This document shows positions 30,392 through 40,714 of a stretch of DNA of 64,000 nt, one piece after another. The notes below the pieces were generated by a model, which worked only from the letters and a program-made list of their open reading frames with translations, was not told the origin of the DNA and made no database searches. The stretch spans positions 45,580 to 109,579 of the forward strand of contig CANBHY010000007.1 of assembly GCA_947368535.1 (NCBI GenBank), given 5' to 3'. The DNA comes from an uncultured Clostridium sp. GTDB taxonomy: Bacteria; Bacillota; Clostridia; TANB77; CAG-508. A program made the position numbers and the translations under genes. The stretch's first letter is position 1. The number at the start of each line of letters is the position of its first letter.

Positions 30392-31048
30392 TTATTCTAT
30401 TTCTATTGATTCTCCATTTTCTAATATCTCATAATCAACTTCATTCTTTTCAAATACGCTTTTTACATATTCAAAATCTACTGGATAATTAGGACTATCA
30501 TTATGTACAGGAATTATTAGTTTAGCACCAGCTTCTTTAGCAAATAAAGCAACTTCAAAAGGTCCCATTACCACTCCATTATCTGAAACTGGAGCACATA
30601 AAATATCACATTTATATTCGTTTTGGAAACAGATTGTATCACTTGTAGCATATACTCTTGTTTCACCATCATCAACAATATATCCTATATTTTCAATAAC
30701 TTTACCACCATTTTTCATTGGAGGTAAATATCCATGTTCAGCATGTACTACTTCTATTTTCACATCTCCCACCGTAATAACATCATTTTCCTTAACAATA
30801 TTTATATTTAATTGTGGATATGTATTTTTTACTTCACTACTTGAATAAATTTTTATATTCTCTCCAAGTTTTTCTAACAATTCTACATTGCAGTGATCTG
30901 AGTGCTTATGAGTAACGCATATTGCATCTACTTTACTCCAAATATCAAAATATTCTTCTTTATATTTTAATACTCCTGGATCAATTAATATTTTCTTTCC
31001 CTTTGTTTCAATTAATAAACAAGACTCTGGATACTTAGTAATTTTCAT
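30392..31048 (-). CDS. MBL-fold metallo-hydrolase
   Basis: HxHxDH motif VTHKHSDHCN. 218 aa. Confidence 0.75.
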   Translation of the reverse strand: MKITKYPESCLLIETKGKKILIDPGVLKYKEEYFDIWSKVDAICVTHKHSDHCNVELLEKLGENIKIYSSSEVKNTYPQLNINIVKENDVITVGDVKIEVVHAEHGYLPPMKNGGKVIENIGYIVDDGETRVYATSDTICFQNEYKCDILCAPVSDNGVVMGPFEVALFAKEAGAKLIIPVHNDSPNYPVDFEYVKSVFEKNEVDYEILENGESIEIE

Positions 31049-31074
31049 TTTTCATCAACCTTTCTTTTATATAT

Positions 31075-31704
31075 TTAAATTTCATATTGCTTTAATTTTT
31101 CAATATATTTAGCAATACTTTCATCATTAATATCTTCTGGCATTATATCACAAAATTGCATAATTTGCTTTTCAATTCCTAAAGAACATTCAATTAAATG
31201 CTTAGCCTTTTCTTCATTAGACCATACAGATAAAGGTCTATCTTTATATCTAACTTTTGCATCTTCTAATCTCTCTTTTATACTAACAACACCATCAGGT
31301 GCAACTCTTTGATCACAGTATGCACAAATCTTTACTTCATATGAATCTGATTTATATGTTTCTTCATTTTTTCTAGATCTTTTTCCATCTAAAATTTCTA
31401 ATTCTTTTTCAGATAATCCTTCGATTTTTCCAATTTCTAAATTTAATTCATGTTCATTAGTACCGTATTTTTCAAAATACTTTCTTCTTGTTCTTTTAAA
31501 ATCTTCATCATCTACAAAATCTTCTGGAATTTTTAAAATATTTCCCATATCATGCAAAAGTGAAACTCTTAATATGGCACTTTTATCTAATTCATGCCCA
31601 TTCCAATTATCTAAAATTATATTGCTACAAGCTGCAACTCTAAGCATATGCATTTGTAAATTTTCTGGTAAGTAATATTTATTATAAATATCAATAATAT
31701 TCAT
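31075..31704 (-). CDS. HD-domain phosphohydrolase (YfbR-like 5'-nucleotidase fold)
   Basis: MHMLRVAACSNI…LLHDMGN…D pattern. 209 aa. Confidence 0.6.
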   Translation of the reverse strand: MNIIDIYNKYYLPENLQMHMLRVAACSNIILDNWNGHELDKSAILRVSLLHDMGNILKIPEDFVDDEDFKRTRRKYFEKYGTNEHELNLEIGKIEGLSEKELEILDGKRSRKNEETYKSDSYEVKICAYCDQRVAPDGVVSIKERLEDAKVRYKDRPLSVWSNEEKAKHLIECSLGIEKQIMQFCDIMPEDINDESIAKYIEKLKQYEI

Positions 31705-31716
31705 TTTTAATCCCTC

Positions 31717-32523
31717 TTATAAAATTATTTCTTCTAAATCATTTGGAACATAAACATTCCCATCAAAATTTTCTTTTGCTTCTTTAGTATAAACTTCTTT
31801 CCTTTTTTCACCTAAATTTTCTTGTGTGTGCCATAACACTAAATTTTTGATATTTAAACTTTTAGCTTTAATACTTGCTGATTTAACAGTATCATGATTT
31901 TTCTCTCTTGGTTTATATTTTTCTGATTCTGTTTCTAAACAAAATGATTCATGCAATAAATAATCTGAATTTCTTGCATCTTCATACAAATTTTCATATA
32001 ATGGTTCATCTCCTGCAAATACAAGACTTTTTCCGTTATTTAAAATTGTTTTGAATCCATATTGTTTATCACTTTTAGAAATAATATCTAAAAACTCTAA
32101 TTCATAATCTAAAACTTTAACTTTTTCATGATCATTTACTATATTAATAAAAATTCTTTTATCTATATAAATTTGTTGTTCTTTTCTAAGCAAAGTATGA
32201 ATTTGGTCTCTTATAATTCCAGCAACTTCATCATGACAATATATATTTAAAGTTCCTTCATACGTTCCTTTTCTCATTGCCAAATCTACAAATCTATATA
32301 TCCAAAGCATTCCAAATAAATGATCTATATGTTTATGAGAAATAAATATATTATGAATTTTTTTAATATCAACATTCGCTCTGCCAAGTTGTTTAAGTAT
32401 TCCATTTCCACCACCAGTATCAACTAATAGATACTCTCCTTTGCTATCTTCTAGTACAAAACAAGTGTTAAAATTTTCAACTACACTTGCTGTTCCAGTT
32501 CCTAAAACTATAATTTTTTCCAT
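31717..32523 (-). CDS. MBL-fold metallo-hydrolase (RNase Z / PhnP-like)
   Basis: ISHKHIDHLFG motif. 268 aa. Confidence 0.7.
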   Translation of the reverse strand: MEKIIVLGTGTASVVENFNTCFVLEDSKGEYLLVDTGGGNGILKQLGRANVDIKKIHNIFISHKHIDHLFGMLWIYRFVDLAMRKGTYEGTLNIYCHDEVAGIIRDQIHTLLRKEQQIYIDKRIFINIVNDHEKVKVLDYELEFLDIISKSDKQYGFKTILNNGKSLVFAGDEPLYENLYEDARNSDYLLHESFCLETESEKYKPREKNHDTVKSASIKAKSLNIKNLVLWHTQENLGEKRKEVYTKEAKENFDGNVYVPNDLEEIIL

Positions 32524-32540
32524 TTTCCACTCTCCTAACT

Positions 32541-33080
32541 TTATTTGTTTTTTAAATCATATTTATTAATCATCTCTCTAGTGGCAAATCCATTTTTATC
32601 TTGCACCTTTTCTAAAAATACAATGCCATCTAAATGATCACATTCATGTTGTATGTCTCTTGCTGTAAAACCTTTTACTTGTTTTATAATTTTTTCGCCT
32701 TTTTCATTATAATAAGTTACTTCTATATTAGTATATCTTTCTATTTTTCCACGAATAGATGGAACACTTAAACATCCCTCAAACTCTGTTTCTTTCTCTT
32801 CTGATAATGGTTTCCAAGTTGGATTTATCATTACTGTTATAGGTACTTCTTCACAATCTTTATATGTACATTTTTCTTTATTTACTTGAATAATTACAAT
32901 TCTTTTATCAATCCCAGCTTGAGGAGCTGCAATTCCAAAGCCTTCAGTAAAATTTAATGTTTCTTTTAAATCTTCAATATCTTCTAATATCTCTTGATTA
33001 ATATTTTTAATATCAACTTTTTTGCACTTCTTAGCTAATATTGGATCTCCAACTTCTCTAATTCTTAAAACTTTTCCCAT
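32541..33080 (-). CDS. def: Peptide deformylase
   Basis: Motifs GIAAPQ, EGCLSVP, HECDHLDG. Confidence 0.9.
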   Translation of the reverse strand: MGKVLRIREVGDPILAKKCKKVDIKNINQEILEDIEDLKETLNFTEGFGIAAPQAGIDKRIVIIQVNKEKCTYKDCEEVPITVMINPTWKPLSEEKETEFEGCLSVPSIRGKIERYTNIEVTYYNEKGEKIIKQVKGFTARDIQHECDHLDGIVFLEKVQDKNGFATREMINKYDLKNK

Positions 33081-33099
33081 ATCATCACCTCCAAAAAGA

Positions 33100-34185
33100 T
33101 TATCTTGTTTCTAGACTATTACCAGTTAAATTTCCTTTAAAACCATAAACTTGTTTGCATAATGGCTCAACCCTTTTTCCTCCTGTTATTACTACTTGCT
33201 CTAAATCATCAAATATATTATGTAATCGAATTCCATATCTCTGCATTGTTTCTACATCAATTTCTTTAAATGCTGGACATGGTAATATTGTACCATCATA
33301 TTTTATATCTAACTTTTCAGTCCCTGCTGTACATAAATGTGCCATTCTTCCATTAAGAGGAATACCTATTCTAATATTTCCTTTATAACGAGACTGTTCC
33401 TGTTTTACTATTTCACCAAATTCAGCTAATTCTTCGCCACTAAGCATTAATTCGTCTTTATTTTCTCTGCCTCTGCCTTGAGGAACAAAATTTAATAAAC
33501 TTATACTTGGTATATCTAGCATATCAAGCATCTCTATAATATCTGGTAATTGTCTATAATTTGGTTTCATTGGAATAAAATGAATATCAACATTTAAACC
33601 TGATTTACTCGCTCTAATTAATGATTGACTTAAATATGTATTTAATCCCTTTCTTCCCATTAATTCATTATCCACAGACTCTTCTAAAGCTTGCCAGTCA
33701 AAAACAATTTTGTCTACGCCTAATTTCTTTAATTGTTCAAACTCTTCATTACTAATAGCATCAAAAGGTTTAGGTGCTAACCATCTATCATAATATGCTC
33801 TAACATTTCTTTTTAATCGCTCATTCCATGGTTCATGTAGTTCTATTTCTTCTAAATCTTGTTTTGCTTTATTTTCAATATATTCTACCATTTCTTCTGG
33901 CATGTCTTCAGCCTTTTTTATTCCACTTGTAAATATAACTGTTCTAATTCCATTTTCTTTACTAAATTGAATCATATCGTAAAGATGTGGATGCAAAAAA
34001 GGTTCTCCACCAGAAATTGAAACTTCTTCAATTCCTCCATGATTTATAAAATGCATTATTGTTCTTTTAAAATCTTCTAATTTTATTATCTTTTTCTTTT
34101 CTATAGATGAACTTGAAGAACAAAATTTGCATTTATTTGGACAAGTTTGTATTACTTCAAAACACAAATCTTTTAACATAAACAT
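33100..34185 (-). CDS. Radical SAM protein (unassigned subfamily)
   Basis: CPNKCKFC (C-x3-C-x2-C) and the glycine-rich SAM motif ISGGEPFL. 361 aa with extra C-terminal Cys residues. Confidence 0.7.
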   Translation of the reverse strand: MFMLKDLCFEVIQTCPNKCKFCSSSSSIEKKKIIKLEDFKRTIMHFINHGGIEEVSISGGEPFLHPHLYDMIQFSKENGIRTVIFTSGIKKAEDMPEEMVEYIENKAKQDLEEIELHEPWNERLKRNVRAYYDRWLAPKPFDAISNEEFEQLKKLGVDKIVFDWQALEESVDNELMGRKGLNTYLSQSLIRASKSGLNVDIHFIPMKPNYRQLPDIIEMLDMLDIPSISLLNFVPQGRGRENKDELMLSGEELAEFGEIVKQEQSRYKGNIRIGIPLNGRMAHLCTAGTEKLDIKYDGTILPCPAFKEIDVETMQRYGIRLHNIFDDLEQVVITGGKRVEPLCKQVYGFKGNLTGNSLETR

Positions 34186-34192
34186 CCTCTTT

Positions 34193-34558
34193 CTAAAAAT
34201 TCAAATCATTTTTCTTTGTATCTAGATGAGTTTCTGGATTAAATGGTGGATTCATAATTTCAATCATTTTCATTTTTCCTTTAAATGCAAACTCTGTATT
34301 AATTGGTATCTCTACCGTATCTCCGCTTTCTAATTTATACATTTTTTCATTAATACTAGCTATACCGCTTCCTTCTAATATATAATATATATGAACACTT
34401 TCGGCTTCTTTCTGATAAAATTCATGTCCATTTATCATATCTATATAATCTACTTCTATACCTAATTTCGAACTTAATTGATAACCTTTAAAAAAATCCT
34501 TTGTTTCAAAACTAACTTCTTTGGGAAATTTCTTAACATACTCCATTACACTTTCCAC
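34193..34558 (-). CDS. Cupin-fold protein
   Basis: 121 aa. The Y.LEGSG…G..V…P pattern is consistent with the small-barrel cupin_2 family. Confidence 0.45.
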   Translation of the reverse strand: MESVMEYVKKFPKEVSFETKDFFKGYQLSSKLGIEVDYIDMINGHEFYQKEAESVHIYYILEGSGIASINEKMYKLESGDTVEIPINTEFAFKGKMKMIEIMNPPFNPETHLDTKKNDLNF

Positions 34559-35015
34559 CTTCTCTTAAATATAAATTATATTCATAGCTATTACCTTCAT
34601 ATTCTTCATTTAGCCTTGCTATTATTTTATTAAAGCCAAACTTTTTATAAATATGTAAAGCATTTTCATTATCATCTTCAACACCTATTGTAAATTCTGT
34701 ATATCCCTTTGCTTCTAAATCTTTAATAACAAAATTTAATAGATTCTGTCCTAAACCTTTTCCTTGATATTCTTTTAATACTCTAAATGCAGATAAATAT
34801 ACTCTAATATTTTCAATAACTTCTAATTCACTTTTTCCTTTATAATATACTGTTAACTCCCCAATAAATTTTTCATTATCAATCATTACATAAATATCTC
34901 TAACATCATCTTTAATATTATTTATCAAATCTAATTTATATTTATCAAAATCACTATGCTTAAATAATTTTTTTAATTCATCTATTTCATTTAAATTTAT
35001 TTTTCTTACCTTCAT
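34533..35015 (-). CDS. GNAT family N-acetyltransferase
   Basis: Acetyl-CoA motif …VLKEYQGKGLGQNLL…. Confidence 0.75.
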   Translation of the reverse strand: MKVRKINLNEIDELKKLFKHSDFDKYKLDLINNIKDDVRDIYVMIDNEKFIGELTVYYKGKSELEVIENIRVYLSAFRVLKEYQGKGLGQNLLNFVIKDLEAKGYTEFTIGVEDDNENALHIYKKFGFNKIIARLNEEYEGNSYEYNLYLREGGKCNGVC

Positions 35016-35027
35016 AAAAGTTCACCA

Positions 35028-35666
35028 CTATTTTTCTAAAATAAACTCCCATAATGCCTTTTTTCTATCCAATCTAACTGTAATATCTTCATTTAATACA
35101 ATAATCCTCCATCCTTTTGTTAACCTATCAAACTGCTCTTTATTAAATAATCTAAAATATCTACCATAATCATAATAAAAATCTTTTTCAATTTCTTTAG
35201 TAGTTTCTTTTATATACTCATCATTTTTATCGGAATTCATTCTGCCAATAAATAAACCATTTGGCTTTAATACTCTATATATTTCATTAAATATTTTTAT
35301 TGTTGTTTCCATATTAAAATAATGGATTGATAAATTAGCATTAATTAGTCCTATTGAATTATCATCAAATGGCAATTTTTCTTTAACATCAACTTGCATT
35401 GTTTTACTATTAGGCACTAATTCTTTCAATTTATTTAAAGCAATATCTGATATATCGCAAGATGTAACATCAAAACCTCTATCTAATAGCCATTTTGTAT
35501 CTTGCCCTATACCACAACCTAAATCTATAGCAACCTTATATTCAAGGTTGTTGATTTCATTTTTATATTTTTCCATCCAATTATCTTTTAAAAAATCTGT
35601 TTTATTGTTTTTAATATTATCTGACCAATATGTATCATTCCAATATTCTTTACTATTTTCTGACAT
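35028..35666 (-). CDS. Class I SAM-dependent methyltransferase
   Basis: Motif I IDLGCGIGQD. 212 aa. Confidence 0.8.
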   Translation of the reverse strand: MSENSKEYWNDTYWSDNIKNNKTDFLKDNWMEKYKNEINNLEYKVAIDLGCGIGQDTKWLLDRGFDVTSCDISDIALNKLKELVPNSKTMQVDVKEKLPFDDNSIGLINANLSIHYFNMETTIKIFNEIYRVLKPNGLFIGRMNSDKNDEYIKETTKEIEKDFYYDYGRYFRLFNKEQFDRLTKGWRIIVLNEDITVRLDRKKALWEFILEK

Positions 35667-35752
35667 TTTTTCTCCAATCTCTAAAACTTTTTCTTACGAA
35701 CGTTTGTATTATATCACAGTCTTTCTTACCTCTCAACCTTTTTGTCTACTTT

Positions 35753-35789
35753 TTACAAAAAAAAACGGTAATTTTAAAATTACCGTTTT
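35753..35789 (-). terminator. Intrinsic terminator after the anti-sigma gene
   Basis: aacggtaatttt/aaaattaccgtt hairpin followed by a 9-T run on the minus strand. Confidence 0.75.
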
Positions 35790-35805
35790 ACTATAATTAA
35801 ATCCA

Positions 35806-37392
35806 TTAATGAATTATTATGCTAGCTATAAATTCTTCCACTGTATCTTGATTTTCAAAATCTGTTGGACAAGAAATTTCATAAATGTATCCATCTACTA
35901 TAAATACATATTTTCTTTGGCATTCTTCTGCATATGTTTCTAACCAAGTAATTGCATTCTTTGAATCTATTTTTACCTGTTTTTTATCTTCTACTTTTAT
36001 GTCATGAAGTGAATCTCCAAGCATTTTAGCATTTATCTTAGTTCCATTTACATTTACCTCTTTACCATCTGCCAAATCTAGCATTTGCTCATAGCTTAAT
36101 TTTAGATCTTCTTTCAATTTTGTTTCTTCTGTTGCAAAAATTGTATATTCTTTATTAAATCTATAACCACCTACATATTCTAACTTATTTATGTTTTCTA
36201 CTGCTTTTTCTAAGTTTTCATCATATAAATTCTTATAACAGTTAATTGCAATTAAATTATCTTTTAAATTTATGTCTAAATGATAAACTTTTTCATCTTC
36301 TATACCTTCACCATATGTTGTTTCATATATTTCTGATTTTTCTAGATATTTAAATTCTATATCTCTAAAATTTCGTGACACTTTTTGAGTATCTTCTGTT
36401 TCACTTTTCTTTACTAAATCTTTTTCTAAATCTAAAGTAATTGTTTCTTTATTCTCAATTTTTCCATCATATGTTTGATAAACATTTATAGTTAATTTTT
36501 TATTGAAATCTATTTTCTGGAATATAACATCAGTTGGCTCTCCTCCAATTACTGCTTCTATATTATTTTCTAATATTACATTACCCTTATTATCTAAAAT
36601 CTCTACATAATATTTTGTTCCTGGCTCTGTTGAATACAATTTTTTAAGTATTGTCATCTTTGTAGACATACTAGATTTACTTACTTCTAATATACTTATA
36701 GATTCTGTTTCTTTATTTTTTACTGTATATTTCTCACTCTTTAAATTTATTTTGTCATTTTCTAAGTTTGTTTTAAAAGACCATTTAGCTAAGTCCTCAG
36801 AATGTAATTCATCTAGCTGTTCATATAATGTTATATCAGTATTAAATTCAATATTTTCACCTAATTTTGATGCATCTATTTTATAAAATTTGTATATTGT
36901 ATATTCAGTATCACTTATTTTAGTAAATGACTCTATACTACTATTAGTATCTATTTCCCAAGTTTTTTCTTCATCTTTTAATTTCGAATTATCCAGAAAA
37001 TGCATTTCATTTTCTATTTTTCTTGGTAATTCTAATTCATATCCTACAATTAGTGTATCTTCATCAATTCCGTACTCTTTTAATGTTAATTTAAATTCAT
37101 TATTATCTGATGTTATATTTATCTCCTTGCTTGTATTTTGATATTCTGAAAGTATCCCCATTTTTTCTAGAATAACAGAAAACATATCTTTTTTATATGT
37201 TGCAAATGAATACACATTTCCTAAAACTAATCCTAATAATGCAGCAACTGTTCCAATTTTCAGTACTATATAATTCTTTAAGCTCTCTCTTTTTCTGTTT
37301 TGAACCAAATTTTCTTGTTCAAATTTTTCCATAGCTATTTTAGTTTCTAATTTATGCAATATTCTTGTATTTCTATCTTCACTATTTTTCAT
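35806..37392 (-). CDS. Putative anti-sigma factor: single-pass membrane protein with large extracytoplasmic domain (DUF4179-like)
   Basis: Overlaps the ECF sigma gene by 11 nt. A short cytoplasmic N-terminus is followed by a TM segment (IGTVAALLGLVLGNVYSF) and a ~460-aa exported domain. Confidence 0.5.
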   Translation of the reverse strand: MKNSEDRNTRILHKLETKIAMEKFEQENLVQNRKRESLKNYIVLKIGTVAALLGLVLGNVYSFATYKKDMFSVILEKMGILSEYQNTSKEINITSDNNEFKLTLKEYGIDEDTLIVGYELELPRKIENEMHFLDNSKLKDEEKTWEIDTNSSIESFTKISDTEYTIYKFYKIDASKLGENIEFNTDITLYEQLDELHSEDLAKWSFKTNLENDKINLKSEKYTVKNKETESISILEVSKSSMSTKMTILKKLYSTEPGTKYYVEILDNKGNVILENNIEAVIGGEPTDVIFQKIDFNKKLTINVYQTYDGKIENKETITLDLEKDLVKKSETEDTQKVSRNFRDIEFKYLEKSEIYETTYGEGIEDEKVYHLDINLKDNLIAINCYKNLYDENLEKAVENINKLEYVGGYRFNKEYTIFATEETKLKEDLKLSYEQMLDLADGKEVNVNGTKINAKMLGDSLHDIKVEDKKQVKIDSKNAITWLETYAEECQRKYVFIVDGYIYEISCPTDFENQDTVEEFIASIIIH

Positions 37393-37939
37393 ATGAATCC
37401 CCTCCTTTTTCTAATACTTTTTTTAATTTCTTTTTTATTCTATGTAATTTTGTATTAATGTTACTCTCTGTTGAATTCATTTCTTCTGCTATTTTCTTAG
37501 ACTTTTTTCCATAACAATAAAAAGCTATAAAAATTTCTTTATCTTTTTTCTTCATCTTATTTAACGCTTTATTTATTTCTTTCATTTGCTCTTTTTCACA
37601 TATAATTTCTTCTAAATTGCTAATATCTTTTACATCATCATCGATATTATCCTCTATTTTATACATAGGACTAATACTTCTTAATTTGTTTTTAACAATA
37701 TTTTTTGTTATACCAGCAATATAAGGTTTCAATTCTAAGTTTTTTTCTATTCTTTCTTTGTTTTTCCAAACAGCAAGTAACACATCTGAAATTAATTCTT
37801 CTACATCCTCTTCTTTTAGTAAACCATTAGTCATATTTTTTATTATTGTGTAAATATAGTTACTATAATCATCTACAATTTGTTTTAAATCTAATTCGTT
37901 ATTATCTAATATGTATTTACTAATTGTTTTATCTTCCAT
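37382..37939 (-). CDS. ECF-subfamily RNA polymerase sigma-70 factor
   Basis: Region 2 (…DVLLAVWKN…) and region 4 HTH (…IAEEMNSTESNINTKLHRIKKKL). Confidence 0.85.
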   Translation of the reverse strand: MEDKTISKYILDNNELDLKQIVDDYSNYIYTIIKNMTNGLLKEEDVEELISDVLLAVWKNKERIEKNLELKPYIAGITKNIVKNKLRSISPMYKIEDNIDDDVKDISNLEEIICEKEQMKEINKALNKMKKKDKEIFIAFYCYGKKSKKIAEEMNSTESNINTKLHRIKKKLKKVLEKGGDSYEK

Positions 37940-38054
37940 TTATTTTTCCTCCTCTTCCCCCTTCTACTTATATATTAACATTAATTAAAAAAATCTTACA
38001 CTTTTTATTTTTATAGCTAAAAAAAGAAAGTGTTTTCTAACACTTTCTCTATTA

Positions 38055-38621
38055 CTATTCACATTCATAACCTTTAGCAACTAATGTTTTCTCGATTTCA
38101 TTAGTCTTTTTTAATACCGAAATTAAAATTGGTTTCATTATAATTGTTATACTACTTATTCGCATCATTTTTCCTTTAGATTTCATTGCTTGTATTACTG
38201 AATACAACTCACTTTTAAAAACAGGTATCATACAAATTGAAATTGAAACCATTATTCCAATGTTTTCAGTATTTATTTTAAATAATTTCAATGGACAGCA
38301 TAAATTCTTAATAGTATTAGCTAACTCACTTACCGTCATTGTTTTTGAAAATACATATGTAACATTATAGCAAATAACTATTCTTATACTTATCAGTATT
38401 CCAGCAATTAAACTGTCAAAAATAATATTTATAATACCTGTAAACATTATAAAAGGAAATAATATTATCAAATTATAAATCATCTTTTTTAAATTAATTT
38501 TTAAATAAATAGCTATTAAAAAATTTAATAAAAATAATATTGCTAATAATCTAAAATCTGATACAAAGAAAATAGATATTGTATACATTATAAAAACAAT
38601 AAACTTAATTATATTTTTCAT
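38055..38621 (-). CDS. ecfT: ECF transporter transmembrane (T) component
   Basis: Polytopic membrane protein with CbiQ/EcfT-like C-terminus. Likely start is MKNIIKF, giving a 4-nt overlap with ecfA. Confidence 0.7.
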   Translation of the reverse strand: MKNIIKFIVFIMYTISIFFVSDFRLLAILFLLNFLIAIYLKINLKKMIYNLIILFPFIMFTGIINIIFDSLIAGILISIRIVICYNVTYVFSKTMTVSELANTIKNLCCPLKLFKINTENIGIMVSISICMIPVFKSELYSVIQAMKSKGKMMRISSITIIMKPILISVLKKTNEIEKTLVAKGYECE

Positions 38622-39433
38622 TTCTTGTATACCTTTACAATTGCATCTATCATTTCTGTAATTGTCCATTCTTTTAAATTTATATCTATTCCCTTTTGTT
38701 TTAATTTTAAAATAATTTGTATGATGTCTGGAATTTTAATATCTGAGTCCTCTAATAAATTTATATTATCTAAAATTTCACATTTATTAAATATATATTT
38801 TATTTTTTTATTCTCTAAAATCATTACTTTATCTGATAACAAAATCTCATCAACATTGTTTGTTACAAATATAATCGTACTTCCGCTTCTTTTTAAAGTT
38901 CTCAAACAATTATAAATATTCTCTTTTTCTCTCGAATCTATCATTGTTGTAGGTTCATCCAAAATTAAATATTTAGGTTTAATAGCTAACATACTAGCTA
39001 TATTTATTCTTTGCTTTTGACCTAAAGATAATTCATAAGTGTCACTATTTTTAAACTCTAACATATTTACTACTTCTAAAGATTCTTCTATTCTTTTTTC
39101 TTTATCTTCTATATCTAAATTCTTTAAAGCAAATTCTATATCTTCATGCACTCTTGGAAATAATATTTGATTATCTGGATTCTGAAAAACTATTCCAACC
39201 TTCTTTCTTAAATTTATAAAATCTTTTTTAGATTTTGTATCTATATCATCTATAAAAACTTTTCCTTTAGTCGGTTTAGTAAGACCTGCAAGCAAATTAA
39301 GAATAGTAGATTTTCCAGTGCCATTTTTTCCAACAATACTAATAAATTCGCCTTCATTAATCTCTAAATTTATGTTTTCTAAAACATTTTCACTATTCTT
39401 ATATCTAAAGCTTACATCTTCAATTTTAATCAT
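38618..39433 (-). CDS. ecfA: ECF transporter ATPase (A) component
   Basis: Walker A GKNGTGKST, signature LSLGQKQR, Walker B LILDEPT. Confidence 0.9.
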   Translation of the reverse strand: MIKIEDVSFRYKNSENVLENINLEINEGEFISIVGKNGTGKSTILNLLAGLTKPTKGKVFIDDIDTKSKKDFINLRKKVGIVFQNPDNQILFPRVHEDIEFALKNLDIEDKEKRIEESLEVVNMLEFKNSDTYELSLGQKQRINIASMLAIKPKYLILDEPTTMIDSREKENIYNCLRTLKRSGSTIIFVTNNVDEILLSDKVMILENKKIKYIFNKCEILDNINLLEDSDIKIPDIIQIILKLKQKGIDINLKEWTITEMIDAIVKVYKK

Positions 39434-40712
39434 CTTTATCTTCCTTTAATAACTTTTGAATTGTTCCATATATGTAAAAACTTCCTACAAAAAACACTAC
39501 ATCATTTTCATAATTTTTGCATGCAAAATCAATTGCCTCTTTTAATTCATATGCATATAACTTACTATTTTCTGTATATTTTTTTGCCGTTTTTAATAAT
39601 TCTTCTTTTGCAACATAAGATTCTTTATTATTTCCATCAGTAAATATAAAAACTGATTTATCCTCTTTTAAAAGATTTTTTAAAATCATATCATAATCTT
39701 TAGAATTTAATATTGAAATAATATAAACCTTTGAATTATTTTTATAATACATGTTAACAGTATTTACAAAATTCTCTATTGCTGGCTTATTATGAGCTCC
39801 ATCAAAAATCATTAAAGGTTTTTGATGTATTATTTCAAATCTTCCTTTATGTATCACTGTATTTAATCCGCTTCTCAATGCTTCCTCTGAAATTTCATAA
39901 GATTTATCTCTTAATATTTGTATACATTCTATACAAATACTAGCATTAATAATTTGTTTTTCTCCTTTTAAATTAACAGTAATTTTTTTATATTCTTTAT
40001 AATCAAACTTTTGGTATTCTTGATTATATTCATAATTTTTAATATCTTCTTTTTTTACTGTATGCAACTTGTTATGCTTTTTCAAACAAGTTTGCTTTAT
40101 TTTTTCATTAACATCATTTTCTTCTGATAAAGCAAATACAGTTTCAGAATTTTCTTTTATTATTCCTGCTTTTTGCTCTGCAATTTCTACTAAAGTATTT
40201 CCAAGAACTTTCATATGATCATATCCAATACTAGTAATAACTGAAATAAGTGGATTTACAATATTGGTACAATCATATAAACCACCAAGACCTGTTTCTA
40301 GTACTACTAAGTCACAATTATTTTCAGCAAAATATATCATAGCCATTGTTGTTTCTAATTCAAATAAAGTAACTTTAGTATTATTCATCTTTTGATATTC
40401 TTCTATTTCAGGCTCTATTCTTTTTATTAAGCTTTCCATTTCTTCATAAGTTATATCGTTATTTTGCACACTCATTCTTTCTGTTGATTTAACTAAATGA
40501 GGACTCATAAATTTTCCTACTTTATATCCTGCTTTTATCAAAATATTTGTTAACATCTCTGCAGTACTACCTTTTCCATTTGTACCTGCAATATGTATAA
40601 ACTTCAATCTTTTCTCAGGATGATTAAATTTTTCCATAAAAAATTCCATTGCCTTCAAAATAGGATTTTCTGTAGTTTTATAAAACTTTGACAAGTATTT
40701 TTCTACATCCAT
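39426..40712 (-). CDS. folC: Folylpolyglutamate synthase / dihydrofolate synthase
   Basis: Mur-ligase P-loop IHIAGTNGKGST. 428 aa. Confidence 0.9.
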   Translation of the reverse strand: MDVEKYLSKFYKTTENPILKAMEFFMEKFNHPEKRLKFIHIAGTNGKGSTAEMLTNILIKAGYKVGKFMSPHLVKSTERMSVQNNDITYEEMESLIKRIEPEIEEYQKMNNTKVTLFELETTMAMIYFAENNCDLVVLETGLGGLYDCTNIVNPLISVITSIGYDHMKVLGNTLVEIAEQKAGIIKENSETVFALSEENDVNEKIKQTCLKKHNKLHTVKKEDIKNYEYNQEYQKFDYKEYKKITVNLKGEKQIINASICIECIQILRDKSYEISEEALRSGLNTVIHKGRFEIIHQKPLMIFDGAHNKPAIENFVNTVNMYYKNNSKVYIISILNSKDYDMILKNLLKEDKSVFIFTDGNNKESYVAKEELLKTAKKYTENSKLYAYELKEAIDFACKNYENDVVFFVGSFYIYGTIQKLLKEDKDD

Positions 40713-40714
40713 AT

